DNA of 43,716 nt, from sequence record SRR22947727_1448; one strand, 5' to 3'. Position numbers and translations under genes: made by a program. How positions within the stretch are numbered: position 1 is the first letter of the stretch; each line of letters opens with the position of its first letter. Under the pieces are notes generated by a model. The model did no database searches, was not told where the DNA came from, and saw only the letters and a program-made list of their open reading frames with translations. Below, piece by piece: positions 20,306 through 29,276 of this stretch.

Positions 20306-22351
20306 CTAGGCAGACTGCAAGATTTCTAAAAAGGCCAAGCCAAAACGTTCAGTTCGGGCGGGCGTCATTCCGGAAATTTGCGCCAATTGTTCTAATGAGC
20401 TTGGTCGCCTTTGTGCGATCATACGCAGGGTTGCGGTCGAACAGCTCAACGGTTTTTCCCCATCAAAGGCCCCACGGGCCAATTGCAATTGCCGCTCTAG
20501 AAGCTGATCAAAAAGCTCCCCCTCTGGGCGCCCGGCCATTTTGCGCCGTGCCGGGTGGACCGGGGGCTGCTCTCCTGTGATCACCGATAGAAAGGCCTGC
20601 CCATAGCTTTCCAATTTCTTCGCCCCCACACCACCAATTGAGGCCATTTGATCCAAGTTCTGCGGGCGGCGTTCTGCCATTTCAATGAGGGTTTTGTCAT
20701 TGAAAACAATATAGGCCGGGACTTTTTGTTGTTCGGCCAAAGCGCGCCTCTTGGCTTTAAGCGCGGATAAAAGTGGCGCATCTTCCTCTGACACCAAGGA
20801 TTTGACCGCGGGACGCCGTTCTTGACCTGCGGCGGTGATGCTGTCCTTGCGCAACTGAATTTGAGCCTCCCCCTTCAATAGGGGCCGGGCGTTCTGGGTG
20901 AACCGCAGACCCCCATGGCGCTCTGGGTCTGGGCGGATAAGATCAAACCCCATCATCTGCCGAAAAATCGCCTGCCATTGCGCCTTGCTGATGGCCTTTC
21001 CAACCCCAAAGGTCGGCAATTCATGATGGGCGCGTTGCCGTACTTTATCAGTGGCATTGCCGCGCAATATATCAATCAAATGACCTGTCCCAAACCATTC
21101 CCCGGTGCGCAAAATGGCCGATAGCGCCATGCGCACTGGTTCTGTTCCGTCAAAAACTTCAGGCGGCGTATCACAAAGATCACAATTGCCGCAGTTCGAT
21201 GCTGTTTCGCCAAAATAGGTCAGCAATGCAGATCGGCGGCAACTCAACGCCTCCGCCAAACCCAACAAAGCATTAAGCCGCGCATGATCTGCCATTTTGC
21301 GATCCGCAGGTGCCAGCCCTTCATCGATTTGCGCACGGCGCAGGCGAATGTCATCTGCGCCAAAGAGGGTCAAAGTCTCAGCCGGCGCGCCATCACGCCC
21401 GCCTCGGCCAATTTCTTGATAATAGGACTCAATAGATTTGGGCAAATCCGCATGGGCCACCCAACGGATATCCGGCTTATCGACCCCCATACCAAAGGCG
21501 ACAGTGGCCACAACGATGAGGCCATCTTCTTGCTGAAACCGTGTTTCGACAATTCGGCGATCTTCGGCATCCATACCGCCGTGATAAAAACAGGCCGAAT
21601 GCCCCGCCTCGCGCAGCGCTTGTGCCAGGGTTTCCGTCTTGGCCCGCGTGCCGCAATAGACAATGCCTGACTGCCCCTTTCGGGCCGCTGCAAAGCCAAG
21701 AATTTGTTTGCGCGGTTGATCCTTAGCGGCGAAAGCCAGATGGATATTGGGGCGATCAAACCCGTGTAAAAAGCTTGCCGGGGCCTGCCCATCAAACAGC
21801 TTGTTGACGATTTCTGCTTGGGTTTCTTCATCGGCTGTAGCGGTGAAGGCGGCGAGCGGGACATTCAGTGCCCGGCGCAACTCGCCAATCCGCAGATAAT
21901 CCGGGCGAAAATCATGGCCCCATTGCGAGACACAATGCGCCTCATCCACCGCGATCATCGACACGCCAACCCGCCGCAACATCCCCAAAGACGATCCGGC
22001 CGCCAGCCGCTCCGGTGCGATATACAAAAGTTTGAGGGTGCCTTGCTCCAACCCTTCCCAAACCGCATCTGTCTCCTCGGGCGTATTACCAGAGGTTAGA
22101 GCCCCCGCTCCGACCCCGGCGGCCTGCAAAGCGCGGACTTGGTCGCGCATCAAAGCAATCAGTGGCGAGATCACCACCGTCACCCCATCGCGCATCAAGG
22201 CGGGCAACTGAAAACACAGGGACTTCCCACCCCCAGTGGGCATTATAGCCAGTACATTTTGCCCTTCCGTCACCGCACGCACAATCTCCTCCTGACCGGG
22301 ACGAAAGGCATCGAATCCGAAGACATCCCTCAGAAGGGTGGTATAGGGCAT
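20306..22351 (-). CDS. recQ: ATP-dependent DNA helicase RecQ (two HRDC-like domains)
   Basis: MPTGGGKS, DEAHCVSQWGHDFRP, Zn-binding CRR..CGNCDLC, RQC and HRDC domains. Confidence 0.96.
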   Translation of the reverse strand: MPYTTLLRDVFGFDAFRPGQEEIVRAVTEGQNVLAIMPTGGGKSLCFQLPALMRDGVTVVISPLIALMRDQVRALQAAGVGAGALTSGNTPEETDAVWEGLEQGTLKLLYIAPERLAAGSSLGMLRRVGVSMIAVDEAHCVSQWGHDFRPDYLRIGELRRALNVPLAAFTATADEETQAEIVNKLFDGQAPASFLHGFDRPNIHLAFAAKDQPRKQILGFAAARKGQSGIVYCGTRAKTETLAQALREAGHSACFYHGGMDAEDRRIVETRFQQEDGLIVVATVAFGMGVDKPDIRWVAHADLPKSIESYYQEIGRGGRDGAPAETLTLFGADDIRLRRAQIDEGLAPADRKMADHARLNALLGLAEALSCRRSALLTYFGETASNCGNCDLCDTPPEVFDGTEPVRMALSAILRTGEWFGTGHLIDILRGNATDKVRQRAHHELPTFGVGKAISKAQWQAIFRQMMGFDLIRPDPERHGGLRFTQNARPLLKGEAQIQLRKDSITAAGQERRPAVKSLVSEEDAPLLSALKAKRRALAEQQKVPAYIVFNDKTLIEMAERRPQNLDQMASIGGVGAKKLESYGQAFLSVITGEQPPVHPARRKMAGRPEGELFDQLLERQLQLARGAFDGEKPLSCSTATLRMIAQRRPSSLEQLAQISGMTPARTERFGLAFLEILQSA

Positions 22352-22366
22352 AACAGGTCCGATGGG

Positions 22367-22645
22367 TCAGCGGCCGTAATAGGCCAAAGTATATTGCAAA
22401 GCGGCCACGATCAGCAGCGCGATCAAAGGCGTCAAATCAAGCCCGCCCATATTTGGCAGGAACTGCCGAATGCGGCCATAGATCGGATCTAAAAGACGGT
22501 TCAACCCCGACCAAATCTGCGCAACAATGGGCTGATACAGGTTCAAAACATTGAAAGCGATCAACCAACTCATGATCAAATGGGCAATGATAAAGAACCA
22601 AATGACGTTCAAAACCATGTAAGGTATCGCGAAAATAGGAGCCAT
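22367..22645 (-). CDS. YggT family membrane protein
   Basis: IMSWL..FNV..P.Y..IR..LPNMGGLDLTP motif; ATG 22645. Confidence 0.9.
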   Translation of the reverse strand: MAPIFAIPYMVLNVIWFFIIAHLIMSWLIAFNVLNLYQPIVAQIWSGLNRLLDPIYGRIRQFLPNMGGLDLTPLIALLIVAALQYTLAYYGR

Positions 22646-22787
22646 GTGAAACCTCGACAGAATACGTTTGCTTTTACCTAAGCGCTTCGGCCCCCATCGG
22701 CAAGTCGCTTGACAGATCGGGTTCAAAATCATGGGTTGACCTGCGGGCCTGCGCGCTCTTTTGTGACCAAAATTTGGAGAGCCTTCT

Positions 22788-23327
22788 ATGTACCCTTTCG
22801 TCCGTCTCGCTTGGCAATTTTTCATTCACCGCAAGACGGGCTCGCTTGCCATTGGACAAACCCACTATAGCACGCATTACTGCCTGCCTTGGGACTTGGA
22901 TCTTTGGCGCGAACTCAACAATGGCCGCACCCTGTCGATCTATGACATGGGCCGCCTGCCCATGGCGCGTCGCTCTGGCTTATTGGCGATTTTGAAACGC
23001 AAGGGCTGGGGCCTGACCATAGCCGGCAGCTCCGTGCGCTACCGCAAGCGCATCCGTGTGTTTGACAAAATCGAAATGCGCAGCCGCGCCCTTTGTGCCG
23101 ATGCGCGGTTTATGTATCTGGAGCAAAGCATGTGGGTGAAGGGAACCTGTGCCGGGCACGCGCTTTATCGCACCGCGGTGACCAATGCCGATGGACTCGT
23201 GCCTATTGAAAACCTGCGGGCAGAACTGAACCCAAACACGCCCCTGCCTCCAATTCCCGAATGGGTCGCCGCATGGATCACGGCAGAGGACCTACGCCCC
23301 TGGCCACCGATGCAGGACACCCCTTAG
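22788..23327 (+). CDS. Hot-dog-fold acyl-CoA thioesterase
   Basis: DLDLWRELNNGRTLSIYDMGR and VRYRKR motifs of the 4HBT_2-like family. Confidence 0.85.
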   Translation: MYPFVRLAWQFFIHRKTGSLAIGQTHYSTHYCLPWDLDLWRELNNGRTLSIYDMGRLPMARRSGLLAILKRKGWGLTIAGSSVRYRKRIRVFDKIEMRSRALCADARFMYLEQSMWVKGTCAGHALYRTAVTNADGLVPIENLRAELNPNTPLPPIPEWVAAWITAEDLRPWPPMQDTP

Positions 23328-23386
23328 GAAACCCTTGCTTTGGCCATTTCTCTCAGCCAAACTTGAAGTATTATTAGGGGCGCCAT

Positions 23387-24772
23387 ATGTCGAAATCAAC
23401 AAAAGAGCAGGCCATTTTAGTCAAACGCGTGCGCGGCTGGATGATGTTCGACTGGGCCACGCAACCCTTTTACACCCTTGGTTTGACATTCATCTTTGGG
23501 CCCTATTTTGCCGGTGTTGCCGCAGAGCATTACCTGTCCAGCGGATTGGATCCCACCAGCGCCAAAGCCAACGCGCAATCGATATGGTCTTGGGGTCAGG
23601 CTATGGCCGGCTTTATCGTTGCGATCATAGGCATTCTTGCCGGTGCCTATGCCGACAGTACCGGTCGGCGAATGCCTTGGATTTGGGCCTCCTCATTGGT
23701 CTTTGTGATCTGCTCTTGGATGCTCTGGTACATGGTGCCAGATGGATCTGCGATGTGGTCCTCTTTGATCTTCTTCTCCATCGCCTTCATCGCCGCTGAG
23801 CTCGCGCTTGTATTCACCAATGCCATTCTCCCCAGCCTGGGAGACCGGCGGGAGGTTGGAAAAATCTCAGGCAGTGGCGCCGCACTGGGCTATGCCGGCG
23901 GTATCATCAGCCTATTTATCATGCTGTTTTTCTTTTTTGACGAAGGCGGCAAGACCTTTCTGGTCGGATTGGAGCCCGGCTTCGGGTGGTTGGAAGCCCA
24001 AAGCCGCGAAGGCACGCGGGCGGTCGGCCCCTTGATCGCAATTTGGTTCGTCATTTTTATGCTGCCATTTTTCCTTTGGGTGCAAGAAAGCAAAACCCCC
24101 AATCGTCAGGGCGGGTTGCAACGATCGCTTGCGGACTTAACAGACACGCTCAAGAGCATGGTTAAACGGCCGAGCCTCTTTGCCTTCATGGGCGCGCAAA
24201 TGTTCTATCGCGACGCCCTCAACGGGCTTTATGCCTTTGGTGGGGTTTATGCGGTTTTGGTCCTGGGCTGGGGGCAAACGCAGCTTGGTGTTTTTGGAAT
24301 ACTCGGCGGATTATCTGCTGCAATTGTCACCTGGATTTCAGGAAAATTTGATCGGAAGCTGGGGCCGCTGCCCGTGATTTACTTTCACATCTATGTGCTG
24401 ATCTTTGTCTCGCTTTGCATCATTGGCATGTCCAGAGACAGCTTTTTTGGTCTCGCCTTGCCGGAAGGCTCCGCACTGCCCGATATCATTTTCTACATCT
24501 GCGGTGCGGCCATTGGTGGCTCCGGCGGAGGGATCTATGCCGCCAGCCGCTCCATGATGGTGCGCCACACCAATCCTAACCGTCCAACGGAAGCCTTTGG
24601 CCTATTTGCCCTCGCCGGAAAGGCCACCGCCTTTTTGGCACCGCTTCTTATCGGTTTATTTACCTACTTGCTGAACGATGCCCGCCTAGGCTTTGCTCCC
24701 GTTGTGGGACTGTTCGTCTTAGGGATGCTTTTGCTGCGCTGGGTGAACCCAAATGGAGATCAAGAGACGTGA
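23387..24772 (+). CDS. MFS transporter (UMF1/Atg22-like)
   Basis: W.MFDWA N-terminus, about 12 hydrophobic segments, SRSMM..EAFGLFAL.GK. Confidence 0.88.
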   Translation: MSKSTKEQAILVKRVRGWMMFDWATQPFYTLGLTFIFGPYFAGVAAEHYLSSGLDPTSAKANAQSIWSWGQAMAGFIVAIIGILAGAYADSTGRRMPWIWASSLVFVICSWMLWYMVPDGSAMWSSLIFFSIAFIAAELALVFTNAILPSLGDRREVGKISGSGAALGYAGGIISLFIMLFFFFDEGGKTFLVGLEPGFGWLEAQSREGTRAVGPLIAIWFVIFMLPFFLWVQESKTPNRQGGLQRSLADLTDTLKSMVKRPSLFAFMGAQMFYRDALNGLYAFGGVYAVLVLGWGQTQLGVFGILGGLSAAIVTWISGKFDRKLGPLPVIYFHIYVLIFVSLCIIGMSRDSFFGLALPEGSALPDIIFYICGAAIGGSGGGIYAASRSMMVRHTNPNRPTEAFGLFALAGKATAFLAPLLIGLFTYLLNDARLGFAPVVGLFVLGMLLLRWVNPNGDQET

Positions 24773-25689
24773 GACCGATTGTCGTCAGATATTTTTTTGC
24801 ACTGGTGCTCTTCGCAGCCTGCCTGCCCTTTGCGCTTCAAGCACAAACGCAATCAGACCGTCCGCAAGCGCGGACAGATCGGGCTATGACCGTGGATGCA
24901 AAAACCCTTTTCGGTGCGGCTGAGATCGGATCAAAACATGCATCCGAATCCTTTGGAAGCTACGCTAAGGGCTGTTTGGCCGGCGGGGCCGCTCTGCCAG
25001 AAACTGGCCCCACATGGCAGGCCATGCGCCTGTCACGAAACCGAAATTGGGGACAGCCCATCACGATTGACTACCTAAAAGATCTCTCGCGCAAAGTGGC
25101 CCAGAACACGTCTTGGTCGGGTCTTTACATTGGAGATATTTCTCAACCACGCGGTGGGCCGATGCTGTCAGGCCATGCCAGTCACCAAATTGGCCTAGAC
25201 GCGGATATATGGCTACGGCCAAAAACGGATCGCGTTTTAACCCGGGCAGAGCGGGAAGAGATTTCCTCTATATCCATGCGGCGGGCCTCTGGCGCTTATA
25301 CCAATGACCGCTGGACAAAAGACCATGAAACGGTTCTCAAATTGGCCGCCTCAGATCCACGGGTGGCACGCATATTTATTTTCCCAGGCGCCAAGGTCGC
25401 CATGTGCAAATCAGCGACAGGCGACCGCAGTTGGCTGCGCAAAATTCGTCCTTGGTACGGGCATCACTATCATTTCCACGTCCGCCTAAAATGCCCAGAA
25501 GGCCAAGAGGATTGCATCAACCAGGCCCCGCCACCGCCCGGCGATGGCTGCAAGGAGGCGGCCGGATGGGTCAAACGCATCTTGAATCCCCCCCCACCTA
25601 ACCCGAATGCCAAGCCGCGCAAACCTAAGCCGCCGATCACCTTGGCCAAATTGCCCCAACAATGCAGCGCGGTTTTGTCAAACCTCTGA
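24769..25689 (+). CDS. mepA: Penicillin-insensitive murein endopeptidase
   Basis: GSYAKGC, SRNRNWG, GHASHQIGLDADIW, HHYHFHVRL Zn motifs; signal peptide. Confidence 0.94.
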   Translation: MRPIVVRYFFALVLFAACLPFALQAQTQSDRPQARTDRAMTVDAKTLFGAAEIGSKHASESFGSYAKGCLAGGAALPETGPTWQAMRLSRNRNWGQPITIDYLKDLSRKVAQNTSWSGLYIGDISQPRGGPMLSGHASHQIGLDADIWLRPKTDRVLTRAEREEISSISMRRASGAYTNDRWTKDHETVLKLAASDPRVARIFIFPGAKVAMCKSATGDRSWLRKIRPWYGHHYHFHVRLKCPEGQEDCINQAPPPPGDGCKEAAGWVKRILNPPPPNPNAKPRKPKPPITLAKLPQQCSAVLSNL

Positions 25690-25756
25690 GGGCCCGCTGT
25701 ACGGAAATCGCTTGCAATATGTCCTATGGGCTCGTATCCGAGCACGTCAAATCTGA

Positions 25757-25788
25757 CCAAGTCGCCGCTACCTTGGCTAAAAAACGGA
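25757..25788 (+). promoter_or_regulatory. Candidate class I preQ1 riboswitch aptamer
   Basis: CCAAG-UCG-CCG-CUAC-CUUGG-CU-AAAAAA-CGGA: 5-bp P1, loop CCG complementary to tail CGG, A-rich L3; ends 7 nt before the yhhQ ATG. Confidence 0.8.
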
Positions 25789-25795
25789 ATAAAAC

Positions 25796-26440
25796 ATGAA
25801 AACTCTCTATCTCCCTGGCATTCTTGCCATGGCTGCCGTCGTTGTGGCCTCCAACATCCTGGTTCAGTTCCTTCTTGGAGACTGGTTGACCTGGGGTGCA
25901 TTCACCTATCCCATCGCCTTTCTCGTCACCGATGTGATGAACCGCGTCTATGGTGTTGCTGCCGCGCGCCGTGTGGTCTTTGCCGGCTTTGCCGCTGGTG
26001 TTCTTTGTTCACTCATTGGCACGCAAGTCATGCTGCAAGGGGATGGCTATAGTTTCCCAGCGGTCACACTGCGCGTGGCTTTGGGATCTGGCACCACCTT
26101 TCTGGTGGCTCAGTTGCTGGATGTTCAAATCTTCGACCGCTTGCGGCATGGCACATGGTGGCGGGCCCCGCTGGCCTCAACGCTGATCGGCAGTGCTGTG
26201 GACACCTTCCTCTTTTTCAGCATCGCTTTCTCTGCCCTCTTTAACGGACTGGAAACCAGCAATGTTCCTGACTGGGCACAGGGTGCTGTGCCGCTGCTCG
26301 GCGCGGGTATGGAGCTGCCACTTTGGGCTTCGCTGGCCGTTGCAGATTGGCTTGTGAAACTGTCCTTGGCTCTCATCGCTTTGGTGCCGTTCCGATTCTT
26401 GGTGCTATATCTTGTGGGACGTACAGCAAAAAACCATTGA
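25796..26440 (+). CDS. yhhQ: Queuosine precursor transporter (VUT/YhhQ family)
   Basis: SNILVQF, TWGAFTYP..FLVTD, AQLLD, DTFLFFSIAF. Confidence 0.9.
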   Translation: MKTLYLPGILAMAAVVVASNILVQFLLGDWLTWGAFTYPIAFLVTDVMNRVYGVAAARRVVFAGFAAGVLCSLIGTQVMLQGDGYSFPAVTLRVALGSGTTFLVAQLLDVQIFDRLRHGTWWRAPLASTLIGSAVDTFLFFSIAFSALFNGLETSNVPDWAQGAVPLLGAGMELPLWASLAVADWLVKLSLALIALVPFRFLVLYLVGRTAKNH

Positions 26441-26464
26441 CTTTGTGTCTCTCTCTGGCAAGCT
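26437..26464 (+). promoter_or_regulatory. Putative sigma70 promoter
   Basis: TTGACT (-35), 16 nt, CAAGCT (-10-like); overlaps the yhhQ stop codon. Confidence 0.45.
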
Positions 26465-26499
26465 GTGGGTAAATGTAACAGCTGAAAGGAGGTGATCCA

Positions 26500-26556
26500 G
26501 TGTCGAGAAAGGTATTGGAGAATGGAGTCGTAACAGGTTTGGAGGCGAATTTCTGA
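26500..26556 (+). CDS. Candidate 18-aa small ORF (MSRKVLENGVVTGLEANF) within a putative small transcript
   Basis: GTG lies 7 nt after GGAGG inside the extended SD GAAAGGAGGTGATCCA; TGA at 26554-26556. Too short for the ORF track. Confidence 0.5.
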   Translation: MSRKVLENGVVTGLEANF

Positions 26557-26627
26557 GGCAACCCTTGGAGTTTTAGCGCCAAGCTTGGGCAAACGGTCCT
26601 AAACGGCCCGCCCTCCGCACAACTTTC

Positions 26628-26662
26628 GAAGGGCCGTCCTCTCTGGGCGGCCCTTTTCCTTT
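26628..26662 (+). terminator. Intrinsic terminator upstream of arfB
   Basis: AAGGGCCGTCC-TCTCT-GGGCGGCCCTT followed by TTCCTTT. Confidence 0.85.
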
Positions 26663-26678
26663 GTGGCATAGTAGCCCC

Positions 26679-27101
26679 ATGTTGCAAATCAATGATGAAA
26701 TAATGATTCACGATTGGGAGCTGACCGAAAGTTTCACCCGTGCGCAGGGACCTGGAGGACAGAACGTCAATAAAGTGTCGACCGCCGTCGAATTGCGCTT
26801 CGAAGCGGCCCGCAGCCCAAACCTCCCGGGCCCGGTAAAAACCCGACTCAAAAAATTGGCCGGCCGCAAGTGGACCTCCGATGGCGCCATAATTTTTCGC
26901 GTCGAAGACACCCGCTCACAGGCACGCAACCGAGAGATTGCAAAAGAGCGCTTGAAAGAGCTGATCCTTCAGGCTTTGATACGGCCAAAGCGCCGGATCG
27001 CCACACGCCCCACACTCGGATCGCAAAAACGCCGCCTGGCAGGAAAAGTTCAGCGCGGCGTGGTCAAATCTCTGCGCGGAAAGGTGAAAGATGTCGAGTG
27101 A
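26679..27101 (+). CDS. arfB: Alternative ribosome rescue factor B (peptidyl-tRNA hydrolase)
   Basis: GPGGQNVNKVST GGQ motif, RSQARNR, basic tail KRRIATRPT; ATG 26679. Confidence 0.95.
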   Translation: MLQINDEIMIHDWELTESFTRAQGPGGQNVNKVSTAVELRFEAARSPNLPGPVKTRLKKLAGRKWTSDGAIIFRVEDTRSQARNREIAKERLKELILQALIRPKRRIATRPTLGSQKRRLAGKVQRGVVKSLRGKVKDVE

Positions 27102-28347
27102 TCTCGCGGCGCGGCGTGCCGCAGTTTTGGGGCCAAATGTGCCCACATTTTATGAAACCCCAGTGCATTTGGTCAAAGGTGACGGTGTTTGGGTGTGGGA
27201 TGCAGACGGGCGTAAATATCTCGATTGTTATAACAACGTGCCGCATGTCGGCCACTGTCACCCCCATGTCGTCTCAGCCATCGCCGCACAGGCCGCTCAG
27301 CTGAACACCCATACCCGCTATTTGCACGCGGGAATTGTGGAGTATTGCGAGCGGCTCACCGCCAAATTTCAAACGCAATTGGATCAGGTCATCATGGTGT
27401 GCAGCGGATCAGAGGCCAATGACATTGCCCTGCGCATGGCCCAAGCTGTGACCGGGAAAACTGGCATCATCGCCACAGATAATACCTACCACGGCAATAC
27501 GATGGCCGTGTCACAGCTCTCGTCGCGCAAGCCCCCCATCGGCGGCTATGCCGACCATATCCGCCGCATCCCTGCGCCGGACACCCTGCGCCCGGTTGGT
27601 GGCACTGCCGACGATCAGGCCGCGGCTTTTGCACGGGAGCTGCAAACTGCCATTGATGATCTTGAGGCCTCAGGCCACGGGTTTTCGGGTTTTCTATTTT
27701 GCCCGACCTTCGCCAATGAAGGCCTGCCAGATTTGCCGCAGAATTTTATGAAGCCCGCCGAGCAAGTGGTCAAAGCCGCCGGAGGGCTGTTGATCGCAGA
27801 TGAGGTTCAGCCCGGGTTTGGCAGAGGCGGCAAGACTTGGTGGGGCCATGAATGGCTTGGCCTGTCACCTGATGTTGTGACATTGGGCAAACCAATGGCC
27901 AATGGGCATCCGGTTGCAGCAGTGGTCGCACGCCGGGCCGTCATGGCTGAATTTCGCAACGCCTTTGGCTATTTCAACACCTTTGGTGGCAATCCAGTAA
28001 GCTGCGCCGCGGCTGCGGCCACTTTGGACGTCATTGAACAGGACAATTTGGTAGATCACGCCAAAAACGTCGGTGCTGTATTTTTGCGCGAGCTGCACTC
28101 TATGGACCACCCCAGCATCGCCAGCCGGCGCGGACGTGGTTTGTTTTTCGCTTTGGAATTGGAAACGGATGGTGCTGCCGATGAAGCCTTGGCCGCCCAT
28201 GTCGTCGAATACGCACGCAATCATGGCCTGTTGATGGGGCGCTCAGGGCGCAATCGCAATATTTTGAAACTGCGCCCACCTATGCCGTTTTCCAATGAGA
28301 ATGTCGCCATGGCCTGTGACATCCTACAGGCCGCCTTCAAAGCATGA
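27091..28347 (+). CDS. Class III PLP enzyme, AGXT2L (ETNPPL/PHYKPL phospho-lyase-like) subfamily
   Basis: YLDCYNNVPHVGHCHP, DEVQPGFGR, TLGKPMANGHP, YFNTFGGNPVSCA. Confidence 0.88.
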   Translation: MSSDLAARRAAVLGPNVPTFYETPVHLVKGDGVWVWDADGRKYLDCYNNVPHVGHCHPHVVSAIAAQAAQLNTHTRYLHAGIVEYCERLTAKFQTQLDQVIMVCSGSEANDIALRMAQAVTGKTGIIATDNTYHGNTMAVSQLSSRKPPIGGYADHIRRIPAPDTLRPVGGTADDQAAAFARELQTAIDDLEASGHGFSGFLFCPTFANEGLPDLPQNFMKPAEQVVKAAGGLLIADEVQPGFGRGGKTWWGHEWLGLSPDVVTLGKPMANGHPVAAVVARRAVMAEFRNAFGYFNTFGGNPVSCAAAAATLDVIEQDNLVDHAKNVGAVFLRELHSMDHPSIASRRGRGLFFALELETDGAADEALAAHVVEYARNHGLLMGRSGRNRNILKLRPPMPFSNENVAMACDILQAAFKA

Positions 28348-29276
28348 ATGAGCTTTCAGAAATCGCCGCCAAATGGGGCGCGAATGGTCAGATAGAGTTG
28401 ATCGCCGAGCGGGAAAACGCAGTCTATAAGATCCTGCGCGACGGCACACCGATGGCGCTGCGCCTGCATCGGGCGGGATATCAAAGTGAAGCGGCAATCT
28501 TGTCAGAATTGCGCTGGACGCTGCGGCTGGCGGAGGCGGGTTTTGCCTGCCCCAAACCCCTCGCGCAGGCAGATGGATCCTTATTGGCAAAGTTGGCCGA
28601 TGGACGCTTTGTCTCTGTGATCACCTGGGTGGAGGGCGCGCCAATTGGGGCTATGGACACCCCCGTTGGTACGGATGTCACCGCCCATTGTGATCTTTAT
28701 CACCAATTGGGCCGTCTCTTAGCTCAGCTGCATGAGACCAGCGATCGCATAAAAACCGACGATCTCACACGCGCCGCCTGGGATCTGCCGGGCCTGCTGG
28801 GAAAATCTCCCTTTTGGGGGCGATTTTGGGACAATCCATCGCTGTCGGCCAGTGAAAAAAAGTTCATGGTTTATACCCGACAGACCGCTCACGCCCATTT
28901 AAGCGCCATGAAGGGCGCGGATTTTGGCTTGATACATGCGGATGCCTTGCAAGAAAATGTCTTTCAAACAAAGTCAGGGCTAACGCTGATTGATTTTGAC
29001 GACGCGGGATTTGGCTATCGCGGTTACGATCTTGGGGTCTGTGTGTCGCAACATTACGCCGCAGGGCATTTGAACGATCTGATCGCCGCGGTTGCAGAGG
29101 GCTATGGAACACTCCGCAAAGCCCCATCGATAGATGATATCAAATTTTTCCTTATGTTGCGTGGGCTTGCCTCTTGCGGATGGGTGATTGCGCGGCAGCC
29201 TAAAAAAAGCCCTGTCCAAAGGCGCTATGCAGAACGCGCGCTGCATTTGGCACATCAATGGCTGACAACCGCTTAA
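28344..29276 (+). CDS. APH-family phosphotransferase (homoserine kinase II/hydroxylysine kinase-like)
   Basis: RENAVY, LRLHR, IHADALQENV and IDFDDAG kinase motifs; ATGA overlap with the upstream gene. Confidence 0.88.
   Translation: MNELSEIAAKWGANGQIELIAERENAVYKILRDGTPMALRLHRAGYQSEAAILSELRWTLRLAEAGFACPKPLAQADGSLLAKLADGRFVSVITWVEGAPIGAMDTPVGTDVTAHCDLYHQLGRLLAQLHETSDRIKTDDLTRAAWDLPGLLGKSPFWGRFWDNPSLSASEKKFMVYTRQTAHAHLSAMKGADFGLIHADALQENVFQTKSGLTLIDFDDAGFGYRGYDLGVCVSQHYAAGHLNDLIAAVAEGYGTLRKAPSIDDIKFFLMLRGLASCGWVIARQPKKSPVQRRYAERALHLAHQWLTTA

Noticed and set aside
20306-20520. Second HRDC-like domain of RecQ as a novelty
   Set aside because: Multi-HRDC RecQ proteins are already known, and nothing else here is unusual.
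26484-26535. 16S rRNA fragment or pseudogene (antisense 17-mer plus sense AGTCGTAACA at 26526-26535, similar to the 1492 region)
   Set aside because: The two matches are short, in opposite orientations and not collinear, and the flanks do not continue as 16S. The 10-mer is probably chance.
26500-26556. Type I toxin or tmRNA tag reading frame
   Set aside because: The peptide has no hydrophobic TM stretch and no ANDN...ALAA tag; I saw no tRNA-like ends.
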